59,675 bases of DNA, from positions 1 through 59,675 of IMG/VR virus record IMGVR_UViG_3300031857_018978. One strand, 5' to 3'. The DNA comes from a virus (taxonomy: Duplodnaviria > Caudoviricetes). Of this stretch, positions 29,499 to 38,779 are shown piece after piece. The notes beneath the pieces were generated by a model. The model was given only the letters and a program-made list of their open reading frames with translations. It did not search any database and was not told the DNA's origin. Each line of letters opens with the position of its first letter. The stretch's first letter is position 1. Position numbers and translations under genes: made by a program.

Positions 29499-30524
29499 GT
29501 GCTTTGGGCATCCAAGATAGTTTTCTTTCGTAACCTTCTCATCTTGCTTGGCAATTTTAAATGCCTCGCCCATGTCTTCTTCCAAGAAAGTTTTAATTAT
29601 TTTATTATCTTTATCTCTCAAAGCATAGTAATTAAATCCAAATTTGTATGGGCAATGCCACATTGGATTACCGTCTTTCTTTAACTGTCCTTTGTGCTTT
29701 GCAAAGCCACAGGCCAGTTTGCCGCTAAATGAACCATCTGAAGGCATCGGTTTGTCGGCTGCAAAATTAGAATAGGCATCGGGTTCAGAAAAGTTATCTA
29801 TAACTTTTTGAACTTCGGTTAAATGATTTTCAAACTCACTAAGCTCACTTTTGGTTGGTGGTTTCATTTTTAATAAACCGCCATTCTTAGTTTTGTCTTT
29901 AAGATCAAATTTAAGAAATAAAAATTCCATTGAAGCTTTGTGCTTTGGATCAAGCTTCTTAGATGCAAGAGTATAAATCATATGCTGCATATTGTCTTCT
30001 GCATCCTTGCCCGCAAATACGGCTTTGCTAGTTTTATAGTCTCTTACTACCGAAGTACCGTCATCGTAAATAAATTGGCGGTCAATAAATCCTTTAATCC
30101 TATATTTTTTATCTTTTTTATCTACTGTTATATCGAAGTCTCTTTCTTGCAAATCCTGCACAGGCAACCTTTCTGCATCACCCCAAAAGTCATATTTTAG
30201 GGCAGTCAAAGTCATTTCTTTAATCAGTTCAATATTGTCTGGATCAGAAACTTTAAGCTTTCTGGCGTGCTTCAACGAGAGCTTTTTAATAGACTTAATT
30301 GTAAAAATATCGCCAGCATCTAAAATAGAATCAACATATGGTTTTCTTTTTTTCTTCGCCAAACACTCAAGGACAAGATGGACAACATTACCTCTGCTCG
30401 CTCCTTCGTTTGACTTCTCGGGAAGCTTTAAAATGTAATTGCACCAATACGACCAACTACACTTCTCTAGTGTCTTGATTCGGCTTGCAGAAAGCGCAAC
30501 ATGTTTAATCTCAGGCTGTGTCAT
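29487..30524 (-). CDS. PD-(D/E)XK RecB/Cas4-like exonuclease
   Basis: LSASRIKTLEKC, RGNVVH, KGFID, VRDYKT, QHMIY and C-terminal cysteines. Confidence 0.85.
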   Translation of the reverse strand: MTQPEIKHVALSASRIKTLEKCSWSYWCNYILKLPEKSNEGASRGNVVHLVLECLAKKKRKPYVDSILDAGDIFTIKSIKKLSLKHARKLKVSDPDNIELIKEMTLTALKYDFWGDAERLPVQDLQERDFDITVDKKDKKYRIKGFIDRQFIYDDGTSVVRDYKTSKAVFAGKDAEDNMQHMIYTLASKKLDPKHKASMEFLFLKFDLKDKTKNGGLLKMKPPTKSELSEFENHLTEVQKVIDNFSEPDAYSNFAADKPMPSDGSFSGKLACGFAKHKGQLKKDGNPMWHCPYKFGFNYYALRDKDNKIIKTFLEEDMGEAFKIAKQDEKVTKENYLGCPKHLTS

Positions 30525-31590
30525 TTAGAATTTTTTCAGCCCTTTTGATAAGACTGTCGGGAAATTTATTGGCAACTGCAATCTCATGAATTTTCTTAAT
30601 TTGAGCTTCCATGTTTATTGTCTTTGAATTCCATTCGTCAAAAATATTGTCTTCGCCTTCAAATGTCGCAAGGTGCATGTCAAAGAAATCGTTTTTAAGT
30701 GGCAGTTTAATTTGGAGCTTTGAATAATCAAAGATCGAAGAAAGCTGAAGAAATGTTTTGCAAGCAGAGATGAGACCGTGATTAGTCTCCCCATTAGAAT
30801 CATTATTTGAAGCGATAATAATTTTATCAGGGTCCAGCGCAACAAGGGCAGAAGAAAGCTTGGACGAAATGCCGAGTCCAAAAGTAACTACATTATTTTT
30901 ATATCCATGTTCGAACAATGCCATACTGTCGCCAACGCTTTCGACAATGATAACGGATCGCCGCTTTTCAATTTCTTCTTTGACTTCGTAAACATTATTT
31001 CGTTTTAAATTGGCTGGATAAACCCAATCTGCTCTTTTGCCCACATGTTTCCATTTTGGAAATTCAGAATCTTTTTCCCAGAAAACGGCTCGACCAGAAA
31101 ATCCGTGAATTTGCCCAAATTGATTATAGATTGGAAACACTATTCTTCTGAACAATTGGCCAGATGTAGCATAACCGCATTTATAAAAATCCAACGTATC
31201 TTTGCTAATCTTTTTCTTTAAATAAAAATCAAGATGAGGCAAAAGATTTTCTAAAATAGATTCTGGATAAATTTTTTCCATCTCAATTTTTTCTTTATTT
31301 TGTACATGGATAATATTTTGAGCGTCAAATTTTACATACTTATTTACGATATAAGAATCTTTTGTGTCTAAAGTTAATTCAACAAGTCTTTGGAATGGAT
31401 AACTTTTTGAACTCCCTGCCGCAAAATCAGTCCACACTCCACTATTCTTATATATTTTTAATGCGGTAGAGTTATCTCCACCACGATACAAGGCTGTAGT
31501 CCTCCAATAGCTACCGTAGTCTTTAAGCTGATAACCTAAAGACTCAAGAGAGCTTTTGAGAACAACTGGATCAATTGAAACTTGGGACAT
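30511..31590 (-). CDS. DnaG-like primase
   Basis: RRIVFPIYN..G.IHGFSGR, PKW, TOPRIM IIVESVGDSMAL. Adjacent to DnaB. Confidence 0.8.
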   Translation of the reverse strand: MSQVSIDPVVLKSSLESLGYQLKDYGSYWRTTALYRGGDNSTALKIYKNSGVWTDFAAGSSKSYPFQRLVELTLDTKDSYIVNKYVKFDAQNIIHVQNKEKIEMEKIYPESILENLLPHLDFYLKKKISKDTLDFYKCGYATSGQLFRRIVFPIYNQFGQIHGFSGRAVFWEKDSEFPKWKHVGKRADWVYPANLKRNNVYEVKEEIEKRRSVIIVESVGDSMALFEHGYKNNVVTFGLGISSKLSSALVALDPDKIIIASNNDSNGETNHGLISACKTFLQLSSIFDYSKLQIKLPLKNDFFDMHLATFEGEDNIFDEWNSKTINMEAQIKKIHEIAVANKFPDSLIKRAEKILNDTA

Positions 31591-33088
31591 TATCGTCTTC
31601 ACCAGAATTTTGTAGGGTTGTGGCGTTAGTATCCGCCTGATTTACGATATCGCGAAGATCGCCGCGCTCTTTAATGTCAAAATTCTCAAACTGAAGGTTA
31701 ATAAAATTCTTCTTAAGCGTGCCATCTGGCATTCTAACCAATTCAACGGCACCAGCAACATCAGATCCAAGAAAGCGGTTTTTGACAAAGATGAGTTTAT
31801 GAGAACCAAAGTTTGGCCCCTCTTCTTGTCTTTCGTCGGCTGTCTTGGGTCGCAGAATAGCCATATGAGAGCAATAATGAGTGATTCGATCAGACATCGA
31901 CACAATCCCCTCATCGTCATTGATCGCGTCAGAATTACGGTTTGTAGTAATGCCGCTACGATTAGATTGAATCGAAGTGAACATTGTAATCATAGGCTTT
32001 TGGTCTTGTACGATATCGCGCTGAATGGTCTTTTTAAATTTATTCAACATATCGCCAATGACTTGCCATTCTGGCTTATTACCATCAGCATCAGCAGAGG
32101 GCTTGATATAATCAAAGCTAAAGATGAGAGGATTGCCGCGACCAACCTTGGAATAATAAAAACGCTTCAAATTATTAATCATTTGGTCGGTAGTCATGCC
32201 GCCAACATTATAATAATAAAATTTAAGCTTCTTAATCTTATCCCAAGTAGAACGAACTCTTTGAACTACATCTTCGCCAGCCTTACGCCAAAGTCCAGTT
32301 TCTAGTAAATGCATTGGGACATGGCTTAGAGCGGCACATTGGCGCATGATAACTTCTTCCTTACTCATCTCTCCGTTATCGAAGTGCAAAACAGGAACAT
32401 CATGCTGCGCTGATACTTTGGTTGTATAGTTTAGCGCCAATAGAGTTTTACCTACACCCGAACGTGCCACGACAACAGTAATGTTACCGGGACGAAGAAG
32501 AGATCCATAAATCTTATTAACAGTTGGAAATGGACCCATGAAACCAAATTCAGTAATAGGATTGTTGCCGCGTTCTTCAATGACGGCTTCCATTTCTTCG
32601 AAGATGTTAACCGGCTTTTCTTCATTGTTCTCATAAATATTTATAATTTTATTAAATGTAGTATCAGCCTCTTCAACAATTTTTTGATAAGAAGAATCTG
32701 GGGCGATCTTCTTCATCTTGTCCGCTACTTCAAGAGCAGATTCATGGATGGCCCTTCTGATAGAATATTTCTTAATTTCCTTGGCGGCAGATATAGCTGT
32801 GGTTTTGTTGGTCTTCCTGACCGCCAGAGACCTCAAATAATCAAAAACGTCAATATTATCTTTAAAAGAGATACCAATTTCTTTGATTCTCTGGGCGATA
32901 ATAATCTCATCGACCTTTTCATTCCCCTCCAAGCATTTACGAATTATATGATAAATCGTCTTGTGAACGATTGTGTCTTCAGAATAAAAATCTGATTCTG
33001 AAACAAAATCGCAAATTTCAGAGTAAGTCTCTGGATACTGAATCAGTCCTGCTAGGAACTGCTTCTCTACTTCTAATGAATAAAGCAT
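31571..33088 (-). CDS. dnaB: DnaB-like replicative helicase
   Basis: VEKQFLAGL, ARSGVGKT, GEM, FDYIK, QSNR, KNRF. Confidence 0.9.
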   Translation of the reverse strand: MLYSLEVEKQFLAGLIQYPETYSEICDFVSESDFYSEDTIVHKTIYHIIRKCLEGNEKVDEIIIAQRIKEIGISFKDNIDVFDYLRSLAVRKTNKTTAISAAKEIKKYSIRRAIHESALEVADKMKKIAPDSSYQKIVEEADTTFNKIINIYENNEEKPVNIFEEMEAVIEERGNNPITEFGFMGPFPTVNKIYGSLLRPGNITVVVARSGVGKTLLALNYTTKVSAQHDVPVLHFDNGEMSKEEVIMRQCAALSHVPMHLLETGLWRKAGEDVVQRVRSTWDKIKKLKFYYYNVGGMTTDQMINNLKRFYYSKVGRGNPLIFSFDYIKPSADADGNKPEWQVIGDMLNKFKKTIQRDIVQDQKPMITMFTSIQSNRSGITTNRNSDAINDDEGIVSMSDRITHYCSHMAILRPKTADERQEEGPNFGSHKLIFVKNRFLGSDVAGAVELVRMPDGTLKKNFINLQFENFDIKERGDLRDIVNQADTNATTLQNSGEDDNVPSFN

Positions 33089-33345
33089 TATTCGTTGTCG
33101 GTTGCTGTAATTTTATCTTCTTCGTCCGATAGCCATTGTCCGATAGCCGTCTTCATACCTAATGAAGTTACGATAGAATCAAATCTCGTATAAATTTGAG
33201 GTGTCCCTTTGGGAGAACACACGCAAAGGATAACTCCTTTGTATGAGTCAGCACTACCAGAAATTTCATAAACTTGCTCTACCAGTTCCGTTGGGAATAT
33301 AAAATCTTTTGGCTCTTCTTTTTGGTCTTTGTTTTTTTTACTCAT
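33088..33345 (-). CDS. Hypothetical protein
   Basis: Start MSKKNK inferred from an ATGA overlap; TAATG overlap with dnaB. Confidence 0.6.
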   Translation of the reverse strand: MSKKNKDQKEEPKDFIFPTELVEQVYEISGSADSYKGVILCVCSPKGTPQIYTRFDSIVTSLGMKTAIGQWLSDEEDKITATDNE

Positions 33346-33746
33346 AGAACGATGCGTTCGAAAAATTCCTTCGACAATATGTCGCTTTCGTATATTTCTA
33401 CCAGTTCTATGTCGTTTGTCAAGCAGAAGTTCAGCTTTAAATCGTCTCTTTTTAATTGAAGAAGCCAATTTTGACGATTGTTCCCATGAAAATGGGGATT
33501 GTAAGTTTGATGCTGTTTGCCTTGAACTTCTATTGCAATTTTTTTATTTGCGTTATAAAAGTCCAAAGAAAGCCGCGAACCAACAATCCGCATCTCTTCG
33601 AACACGACATCATGCTTCCAGTATGGCAATAAAAATTGCTTTACTCTCCATTGGAAATTGCTCTTTGATTTAGCCTCCCAATTTATAATATATTTTTTAG
33701 CGTTTTTTAATAAACGCTCTTTGCCGCTAAGTGTTTTAAACTTCAT
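33342..33746 (-). CDS. Vsr/DUF559-like endonuclease
   Basis: LDFYN..KIAIEVQGKQH...RDDLKLNFC. Confidence 0.75.
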   Translation of the reverse strand: MKFKTLSGKERLLKNAKKYIINWEAKSKSNFQWRVKQFLLPYWKHDVVFEEMRIVGSRLSLDFYNANKKIAIEVQGKQHQTYNPHFHGNNRQNWLLQLKRDDLKLNFCLTNDIELVEIYESDILSKEFFERIVL

Positions 33747-34890
33747 TTGATTTTGTGGAAATCATATCCACGAAATACTTGTGTAAGAACGCTACAAGCT
33801 TTGTATTTGATTCTATAAATTCAAAAATAGCATTTTCTCCTTGAAATTTATCTGGAGCTTCAAAACCGTTTTCTTTCAATGTAGAAGCAAAATCTTCTGC
33901 TATATAATACCAAGCACCAGAACGAGTCACAAGCTCCCAACGCATAAGCATATCGACAATTTCTTTTTCCAACCAGACGGATCGCCCATCGGTTCTGCCA
34001 TACTTGATTGGATATTGGAATTTCACTTTGCTTTTTTCGTTGGGGCTTTTTTTGATAACCACTTTGCAAAAATGTCCGATAATCGGATTCTTTACTGGGT
34101 CGGCTTTTTTAATGGCTGGGTCTTTCAAAATAACATCTCCTTCAAAGCGAGGTTCAAAATCAAAAATAAAATCAGCAAAATGTAAAAGCGCATTTCCTCC
34201 GGTAGCTGATGTTTGACGAATCGGCGCGGAACTATAGGGATCAATCTTTACGTCGCTTCTAACTTGAGAGATGAAAATTGCCATATGGCCGCGTTTTTGA
34301 AGAGCGATTGACATTCGCTTCATAAAATCAGAAGCAAGAACAGCGCCGCCAGCAACCTTCTTTGACTCCTCAAATGTCTTGTCCAAATCTCCTTTGGTAA
34401 TAAGACCATCGACAGAATCTAGAATAAACATATATTTATTCTTTTCTTCATTGTGCATAACAAGTTGACGCATCGCATCTACAACAGTCTCGTAAATATT
34501 GCACTCAAAAACAAAGCAAGTACCGGCTTCCCATTTCTCTGCGTCAAAAACAAATTTGACTCCAGATCGCTTCATCATTTCTTCGGACAGTCTGCCTTCG
34601 GCTTTAATATAAAAGCCCTTTGCTCCATCAACTGTTCTTAGAAAATTTTTCATTACTTCTAGAGCAGCAGAAGTTTTGCCTCCTTCGGTAAAGCCAACAA
34701 ACCTATGAACGCCAGGTCTCAAACCTCCTCCAGTAAGGAGGTCAAAATTTAATGATCCAGTAGAAACTTTGTAAGATACAAACTCTTCAAAATTATAATG
34801 ATCTTCTTTCTTATTTTTTAGAAAAGAATTTAAAATAGTCTTTGAGGATGTTACTTCCTGCTTTTCTTCTTGCTCTTTTGCTTTTTTCAT
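33736..34890 (-). CDS. recA: RecA/UvsX-like recombinase
   Basis: STGSLNFDLLTGGGL, GFTEGGKTS, ILDSV, ISQVR, GGNALLH, SGAWY. Confidence 0.9.
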   Translation of the reverse strand: MKKAKEQEEKQEVTSSKTILNSFLKNKKEDHYNFEEFVSYKVSTGSLNFDLLTGGGLRPGVHRFVGFTEGGKTSAALEVMKNFLRTVDGAKGFYIKAEGRLSEEMMKRSGVKFVFDAEKWEAGTCFVFECNIYETVVDAMRQLVMHNEEKNKYMFILDSVDGLITKGDLDKTFEESKKVAGGAVLASDFMKRMSIALQKRGHMAIFISQVRSDVKIDPYSSAPIRQTSATGGNALLHFADFIFDFEPRFEGDVILKDPAIKKADPVKNPIIGHFCKVVIKKSPNEKSKVKFQYPIKYGRTDGRSVWLEKEIVDMLMRWELVTRSGAWYYIAEDFASTLKENGFEAPDKFQGENAIFEFIESNTKLVAFLHKYFVDMISTKSNEV

Positions 34891-35216
34891 GATAAAAATT
34901 GTTTAAGTGTTTTTTTGGTTTTAATTTCTGCGTCCTTACCGATCTTTTGTTCTAAAGAAAGATCTTGTTGATGAAGGCGAGTATAGTAATACTCCTTGTA
35001 GTCAACGTCAAGTAACTTCTTCTTCCAATCTGCAAAGAAGAATGCCAACGTAGGAACTTTTTTTTCCTGTTGGATTTGCGCGAGAAAATCAATGCTGTAC
35101 GATTTTTCTAGTCTTTTTAGAAAGACCATCTCTCTTTGCCAAAATCGTTTGTCGGCATTTGCTGGAATTTCAACCAGTGAATCTATAATCTTTTTTCTAT
35201 TTAGCTTTTCCTTCAT
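34887..35216 (-). CDS. Hypothetical protein
   Basis: Start MKEKLN lies 6 nt after a promoter; ATGA overlap with recA. Confidence 0.6.
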   Translation of the reverse strand: MKEKLNRKKIIDSLVEIPANADKRFWQREMVFLKRLEKSYSIDFLAQIQQEKKVPTLAFFFADWKKKLLDVDYKEYYYTRLHQQDLSLEQKIGKDAEIKTKKTLKQFLS

Positions 35217-35222
35217 GCCCGC

Positions 35223-35251
35223 AGTTAAGCAGACACTTTTGTCTTTGTCAA
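35223..35251 (-). promoter_or_regulatory. Sigma70-type promoter (leaderless) for the recA-dnaB-primase operon
   Basis: TTGACA-17-TTAACT with an extended TG, 6 nt before ATG. Confidence 0.55.
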
Positions 35252-35682
35252 GACTTATTGGATGCAGCCGCAGAACCAAAATAAAATCCAGTAACCGCAA
35301 TCAAACATTCTCTGATTTCTGATGTAATTAAATTACCAGAGATTTCAACGAAAGCTTTATTAGCTGTTTCGTTCCCAATCAAACCCAAGAAGCTGCCTCC
35401 ACTTGTATAATCGACTTCAAGATACGTTGGGATACCTAAAATCGCCATAACAAATGGAGATACTACAATTGAAAATATTACAGAGATTACGATAAATTGT
35501 CTGATTACTTTGCCAACGTCTCCATCTCTCTTTGATGCTTTATCGGCAGATTCATCGCGCTTATCTATCGCTTTCATCATTCTATCAAATCTGGCTCTGC
35601 TTTCTTCCGCTTTCGCAGCTATAATGCGGAATATAAAACCTGTTACCGCTCCACCAAATAGACTGATAAGCTCTGTAGGCAC
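35248..35682 (-). CDS. Membrane protein, holin-like
   Basis: GTG start, N-terminal amphipathic helix, TM segment and a C-terminal GFYFGS motif common in 3TM holin-like proteins. Confidence 0.55.
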   Translation of the reverse strand: MPTELISLFGGAVTGFIFRIIAAKAEESRARFDRMMKAIDKRDESADKASKRDGDVGKVIRQFIVISVIFSIVVSPFVMAILGIPTYLEVDYTSGGSFLGLIGNETANKAFVEISGNLITSEIRECLIAVTGFYFGSAAASNKS

Positions 35683-35690
35683 ATACTATT

Positions 35691-36317
35691 TTACACCGCA
35701 AACGCCTGTATGGTTAATGGGAATTTATTTGTTTCTTTTACTAGCTGTAGCATTTGAGCAGCAATATCTCTTATTTCTTTTTGCGCGTCTGGTTTATTTC
35801 TTAAATTTAAAAAATGCGCGAAAGATCGCCAGTTAAACATAACATCAGCAGCAATTTGCGTATTATAAGGTCTAAAAAATCTAGCTGATTCCTTGGCCCT
35901 CTTGCGATTAAAACCGTGATTTTGAACTAAATCTTCAATGCACTTATGATACAAGTCAAGACCTTTTTCTGTATAATTAGTTAAAATCTCTTTCCAGCTA
36001 TCGGGCCAATCCTCTGGAATTAAAAACTCATCTTCTTTGATCTCTTTGTAGCGTGCAGACTCTCCGTTGACAGACACACCAATACGGTGCTTAATGATAT
36101 GAATATGAGAAGCGATGTCTGTATTTACTAAAAAATGCAAGGAGGATTTTTCAAATGGGGTATGATGACCGTTTTCTGCGAGCATTTTGAGTAGATCGCC
36201 CACTCGACCTTTCTTTTCTTCATTAATCTCTCTGCTGGTTGATGTCCAAGCAGAACAAGCGTGAGTAAGGTCGTCGCCATAAATTCCAATTAGTTCAACT
36301 TTGTTTGTTCGATTCAT
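35691..36317 (-). CDS. thyX: Flavin-dependent thymidylate synthase
   Basis: HHTPFE, KHR..SVNGESARY, ESAR, NWRSF.HF.NLR..DAQKEIR. Confidence 0.93.
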   Translation of the reverse strand: MNRTNKVELIGIYGDDLTHACSAWTSTSREINEEKKGRVGDLLKMLAENGHHTPFEKSSLHFLVNTDIASHIHIIKHRIGVSVNGESARYKEIKEDEFLIPEDWPDSWKEILTNYTEKGLDLYHKCIEDLVQNHGFNRKRAKESARFFRPYNTQIAADVMFNWRSFAHFLNLRNKPDAQKEIRDIAAQMLQLVKETNKFPLTIQAFAV

Positions 36318-37239
36318 TGTAGATTTTATTATAAGCCATTAAGACTTGAGCGTAATAATGGGCATGAAAATCTGGTTTGGCAAGAGTATTTGCGATCTTT
36401 TTTTGATGCTCTTTAAAAAATTGAATTTCAGACTGCCAATTTTCACTCCAATTTAAAAAGTTTTCCAATGACTCCTCATCTAAAGTTAGAAAATACTGAG
36501 ACAAGTCAAAAATATGATAATACCAAGATATTTCGTCTTGATGGGCTGGGGGTTTTACGAAAATACAAAAAGAATTAGAGTGCATAGCCCAAATCAGTCT
36601 TTCCCAAGAAGTCGTATTACCATTAACATTTAATATGTATTTATAATTAAGCTGATCTTTAATTGATACGGGTTGATGATAAATAGAAACATCAAAAGGC
36701 TGTTCTACAAAATTAGTAATCTTAGCGATGACTTTATCGCTGTTCTTGTATCTCTTGCAAAGGTTAACCCTTTGAACTGATCCATCCTTGTATTTTCTAC
36801 CAGTATCAGAACCAAAGAATGAAGCTTTATCAAGCTTTTCTTCAAATGGTTTGTCGATAGATTTTAATGAATCGCATATAGATACAGTTCTACCTAAATG
36901 AGAATCTGGTATACAGATATGTGGACTTTTTCTTGGACGAGCAAAGCAAAATCTTGTTTCCGTAGCTTCGTTCTCTGGACCGTCATTAAAATTAACTATA
37001 AATCTAAAATTTAGATTTTTTAATGAAAAATGATTAACTACTTGAGATGTAAAATTAACAAAGAAATTTAATCTAATATTATCTATATTGGGATTACATC
37101 TTTCAAGAGTGAGGGCGTCGTAAGAAAGTAAAAACTGAGCCTCATTTTTGTGAAGCTCAGTCTTTGACGGATCTTTAGGGAGGTTGATGCGCTTTACATC
37201 AACCTCGTTAAGCAGACAATATGTTTTGAACGATTCCAA
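36295..37239 (-). CDS. GT90 (CAP10/POGLUT-like) glycosyltransferase
   Basis: FEEKLDKASFFGSDTG, QLNYKYILNVNGNTTSWERL..SNS, WYY. The TTG start abuts the upstream stop. Confidence 0.7.
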   Translation of the reverse strand: MESFKTYCLLNEVDVKRINLPKDPSKTELHKNEAQFLLSYDALTLERCNPNIDNIRLNFFVNFTSQVVNHFSLKNLNFRFIVNFNDGPENEATETRFCFARPRKSPHICIPDSHLGRTVSICDSLKSIDKPFEEKLDKASFFGSDTGRKYKDGSVQRVNLCKRYKNSDKVIAKITNFVEQPFDVSIYHQPVSIKDQLNYKYILNVNGNTTSWERLIWAMHSNSFCIFVKPPAHQDEISWYYHIFDLSQYFLTLDEESLENFLNWSENWQSEIQFFKEHQKKIANTLAKPDFHAHYYAQVLMAYNKIYNESNKQS

Positions 37240-38742
37240 TTATGGAGAGGGATTAGTGACCGCCCCAGTAGCGATAATTACTGGTGCTACGCTATTTAGA
37301 TTGGAAGCTAAACTAAGTCTTCCAAGATCAACATTACCAATTGTATTAACGGTAAGGCCATTAGAAATTGTTCCAGCGTACAAGACAACATTAGAAGATC
37401 CAATGAGCGAGACCTTGGTGGCGAGAAGTGATGCTGTAACTGGTGTTTGAAAAATCGATTCTGCTGTTTTAAGACTAACATTTGTGCCACGAATGTTATT
37501 CATGTTAATCGCTCCGTTTTCGAATACCGTTACATTTCCTGTAGCTGTAGCGCTAAGGGGTCCAAAACTATGATTTGCCTTAACAATGGCTACGTCTCCA
37601 GAAGAGGCGGTGAATGAAGCTGGGCCATAAACAAAGACGCCATCAACGGAATCTACAACAGATTGACCAGAGAATGAAGTGGGCAGGGATGATCTTACAT
37701 GAACTGCGCCAAGAGTAAGTTTTCCAGCAGCAGTTGCAGAAGAAGCTCCGGTTTCGTTAGTCAGAGAAGAAACAGTAAGAGAAGCTGGTGAGCTAAGGGT
37801 TACTGTTCCGTTTGCACTAACCGCAACGGAAGGATTAGAAACTCCAGCAAATCCAAGGCTAACATTCTTTGCAGAAGCGTTTACGTTTGAGCTTGTAAGA
37901 TTGGGGGCATTAATATCTCCTGTAGCGGTAGTAAAAGAGACTCTGTTCGAATTAATACTACCTCCCGCAACAGTAGCAATAGACCCACTTGTGCTATTAA
38001 CTGTCAATCCACCATTAACAATAACATTTGAACCAACGGAGCCAATTGTGGTATTACCAGTTGGATTTGTGATTGTAATTGCACCGCTATTGTAAACTGT
38101 GCCAGCGCCAGATCCAATGGTCACGTTGCCATCAGCGGAAACATTGATAGATCCAGATGACAAAAGATTGGAAATCGAAATGTCTTTCGTCAAAGCAACA
38201 ATATTTCCAGAATTTACTGTGGAGCCGATTGAGACAGACCCAGCCGCTGTGCGGATTCCATTCTCGCTAGGCAGCTTGCCGTCGTTAAGAAAAGCAAATT
38301 GACCAGCAAATGGACTGTCTACTGTACTGAGCGTAAGTCGGCTTACGTCAATTCTAGATCCATTGCCTAAAATAATTCCATTTGGATTAAGGATATAAAC
38401 GTTAGCGTTAGACTCAATGGTTCCATTGATTGTAGTGGCGGCTGTGCCATTAACAACGTTAAGCACGCTAGAAGTTGCAGATGGAAGCTTGTAAGAGATG
38501 GTGTCTCCAACTGCAATTGTATCCGTTCCACTACCAAAATTATTCCAATTAATTACAGAACGATCAGGGGCAGTAAACGAAAGGTTTGTTCCAGACAGTT
38601 GAAATGTCACGCCCGGTGTTGTTTGCATGTTTGTGGGCGCGGTACTTGGGACAGCGAAAATCTTCGCAAAAGCAAGAGCCGCGACAAAAAGCGCATTCTT
38701 AATCAGTCGAGAACCATTTCTTGAATTAATATTAGTATTCAT
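37240..38742 (-). CDS. Secreted filamentous-haemagglutinin (TpsA) N-terminal-domain beta-helix protein
   Basis: Signal peptide, SVINWNNF, VLNVV.G...INGTI, VYILNPNGIILG (NPNG motif); Ser/Thr/Gly-rich repeats. Confidence 0.88.
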   Translation of the reverse strand: MNTNINSRNGSRLIKNALFVAALAFAKIFAVPSTAPTNMQTTPGVTFQLSGTNLSFTAPDRSVINWNNFGSGTDTIAVGDTISYKLPSATSSVLNVVNGTAATTINGTIESNANVYILNPNGIILGNGSRIDVSRLTLSTVDSPFAGQFAFLNDGKLPSENGIRTAAGSVSIGSTVNSGNIVALTKDISISNLLSSGSINVSADGNVTIGSGAGTVYNSGAITITNPTGNTTIGSVGSNVIVNGGLTVNSTSGSIATVAGGSINSNRVSFTTATGDINAPNLTSSNVNASAKNVSLGFAGVSNPSVAVSANGTVTLSSPASLTVSSLTNETGASSATAAGKLTLGAVHVRSSLPTSFSGQSVVDSVDGVFVYGPASFTASSGDVAIVKANHSFGPLSATATGNVTVFENGAINMNNIRGTNVSLKTAESIFQTPVTASLLATKVSLIGSSNVVLYAGTISNGLTVNTIGNVDLGRLSLASNLNSVAPVIIATGAVTNPSP

Positions 38743-38751
38743 ATTCTAGGA

Positions 38752-38779
38752 ATCGTAATGTTTTACTTCGATTTGTCAA
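38752..38779 (-). promoter_or_regulatory. Sigma70-type promoter for the tpsA-like/GT90/thyX unit
   Basis: TTGACA-16-TACGAT, 9 nt before ATG. Confidence 0.6.

Noticed and set aside
29487-30524. Cas4 or CRISPR system
   Set aside because: No repeat-spacer array or other cas genes; this is a common stand-alone phage exonuclease.
25543-33088. Inteins or split inteins in DnaE, DnaB or RNR
   Set aside because: No C...HN-(C/S/T) splice motifs at the fragment ends, and protein lengths are normal.
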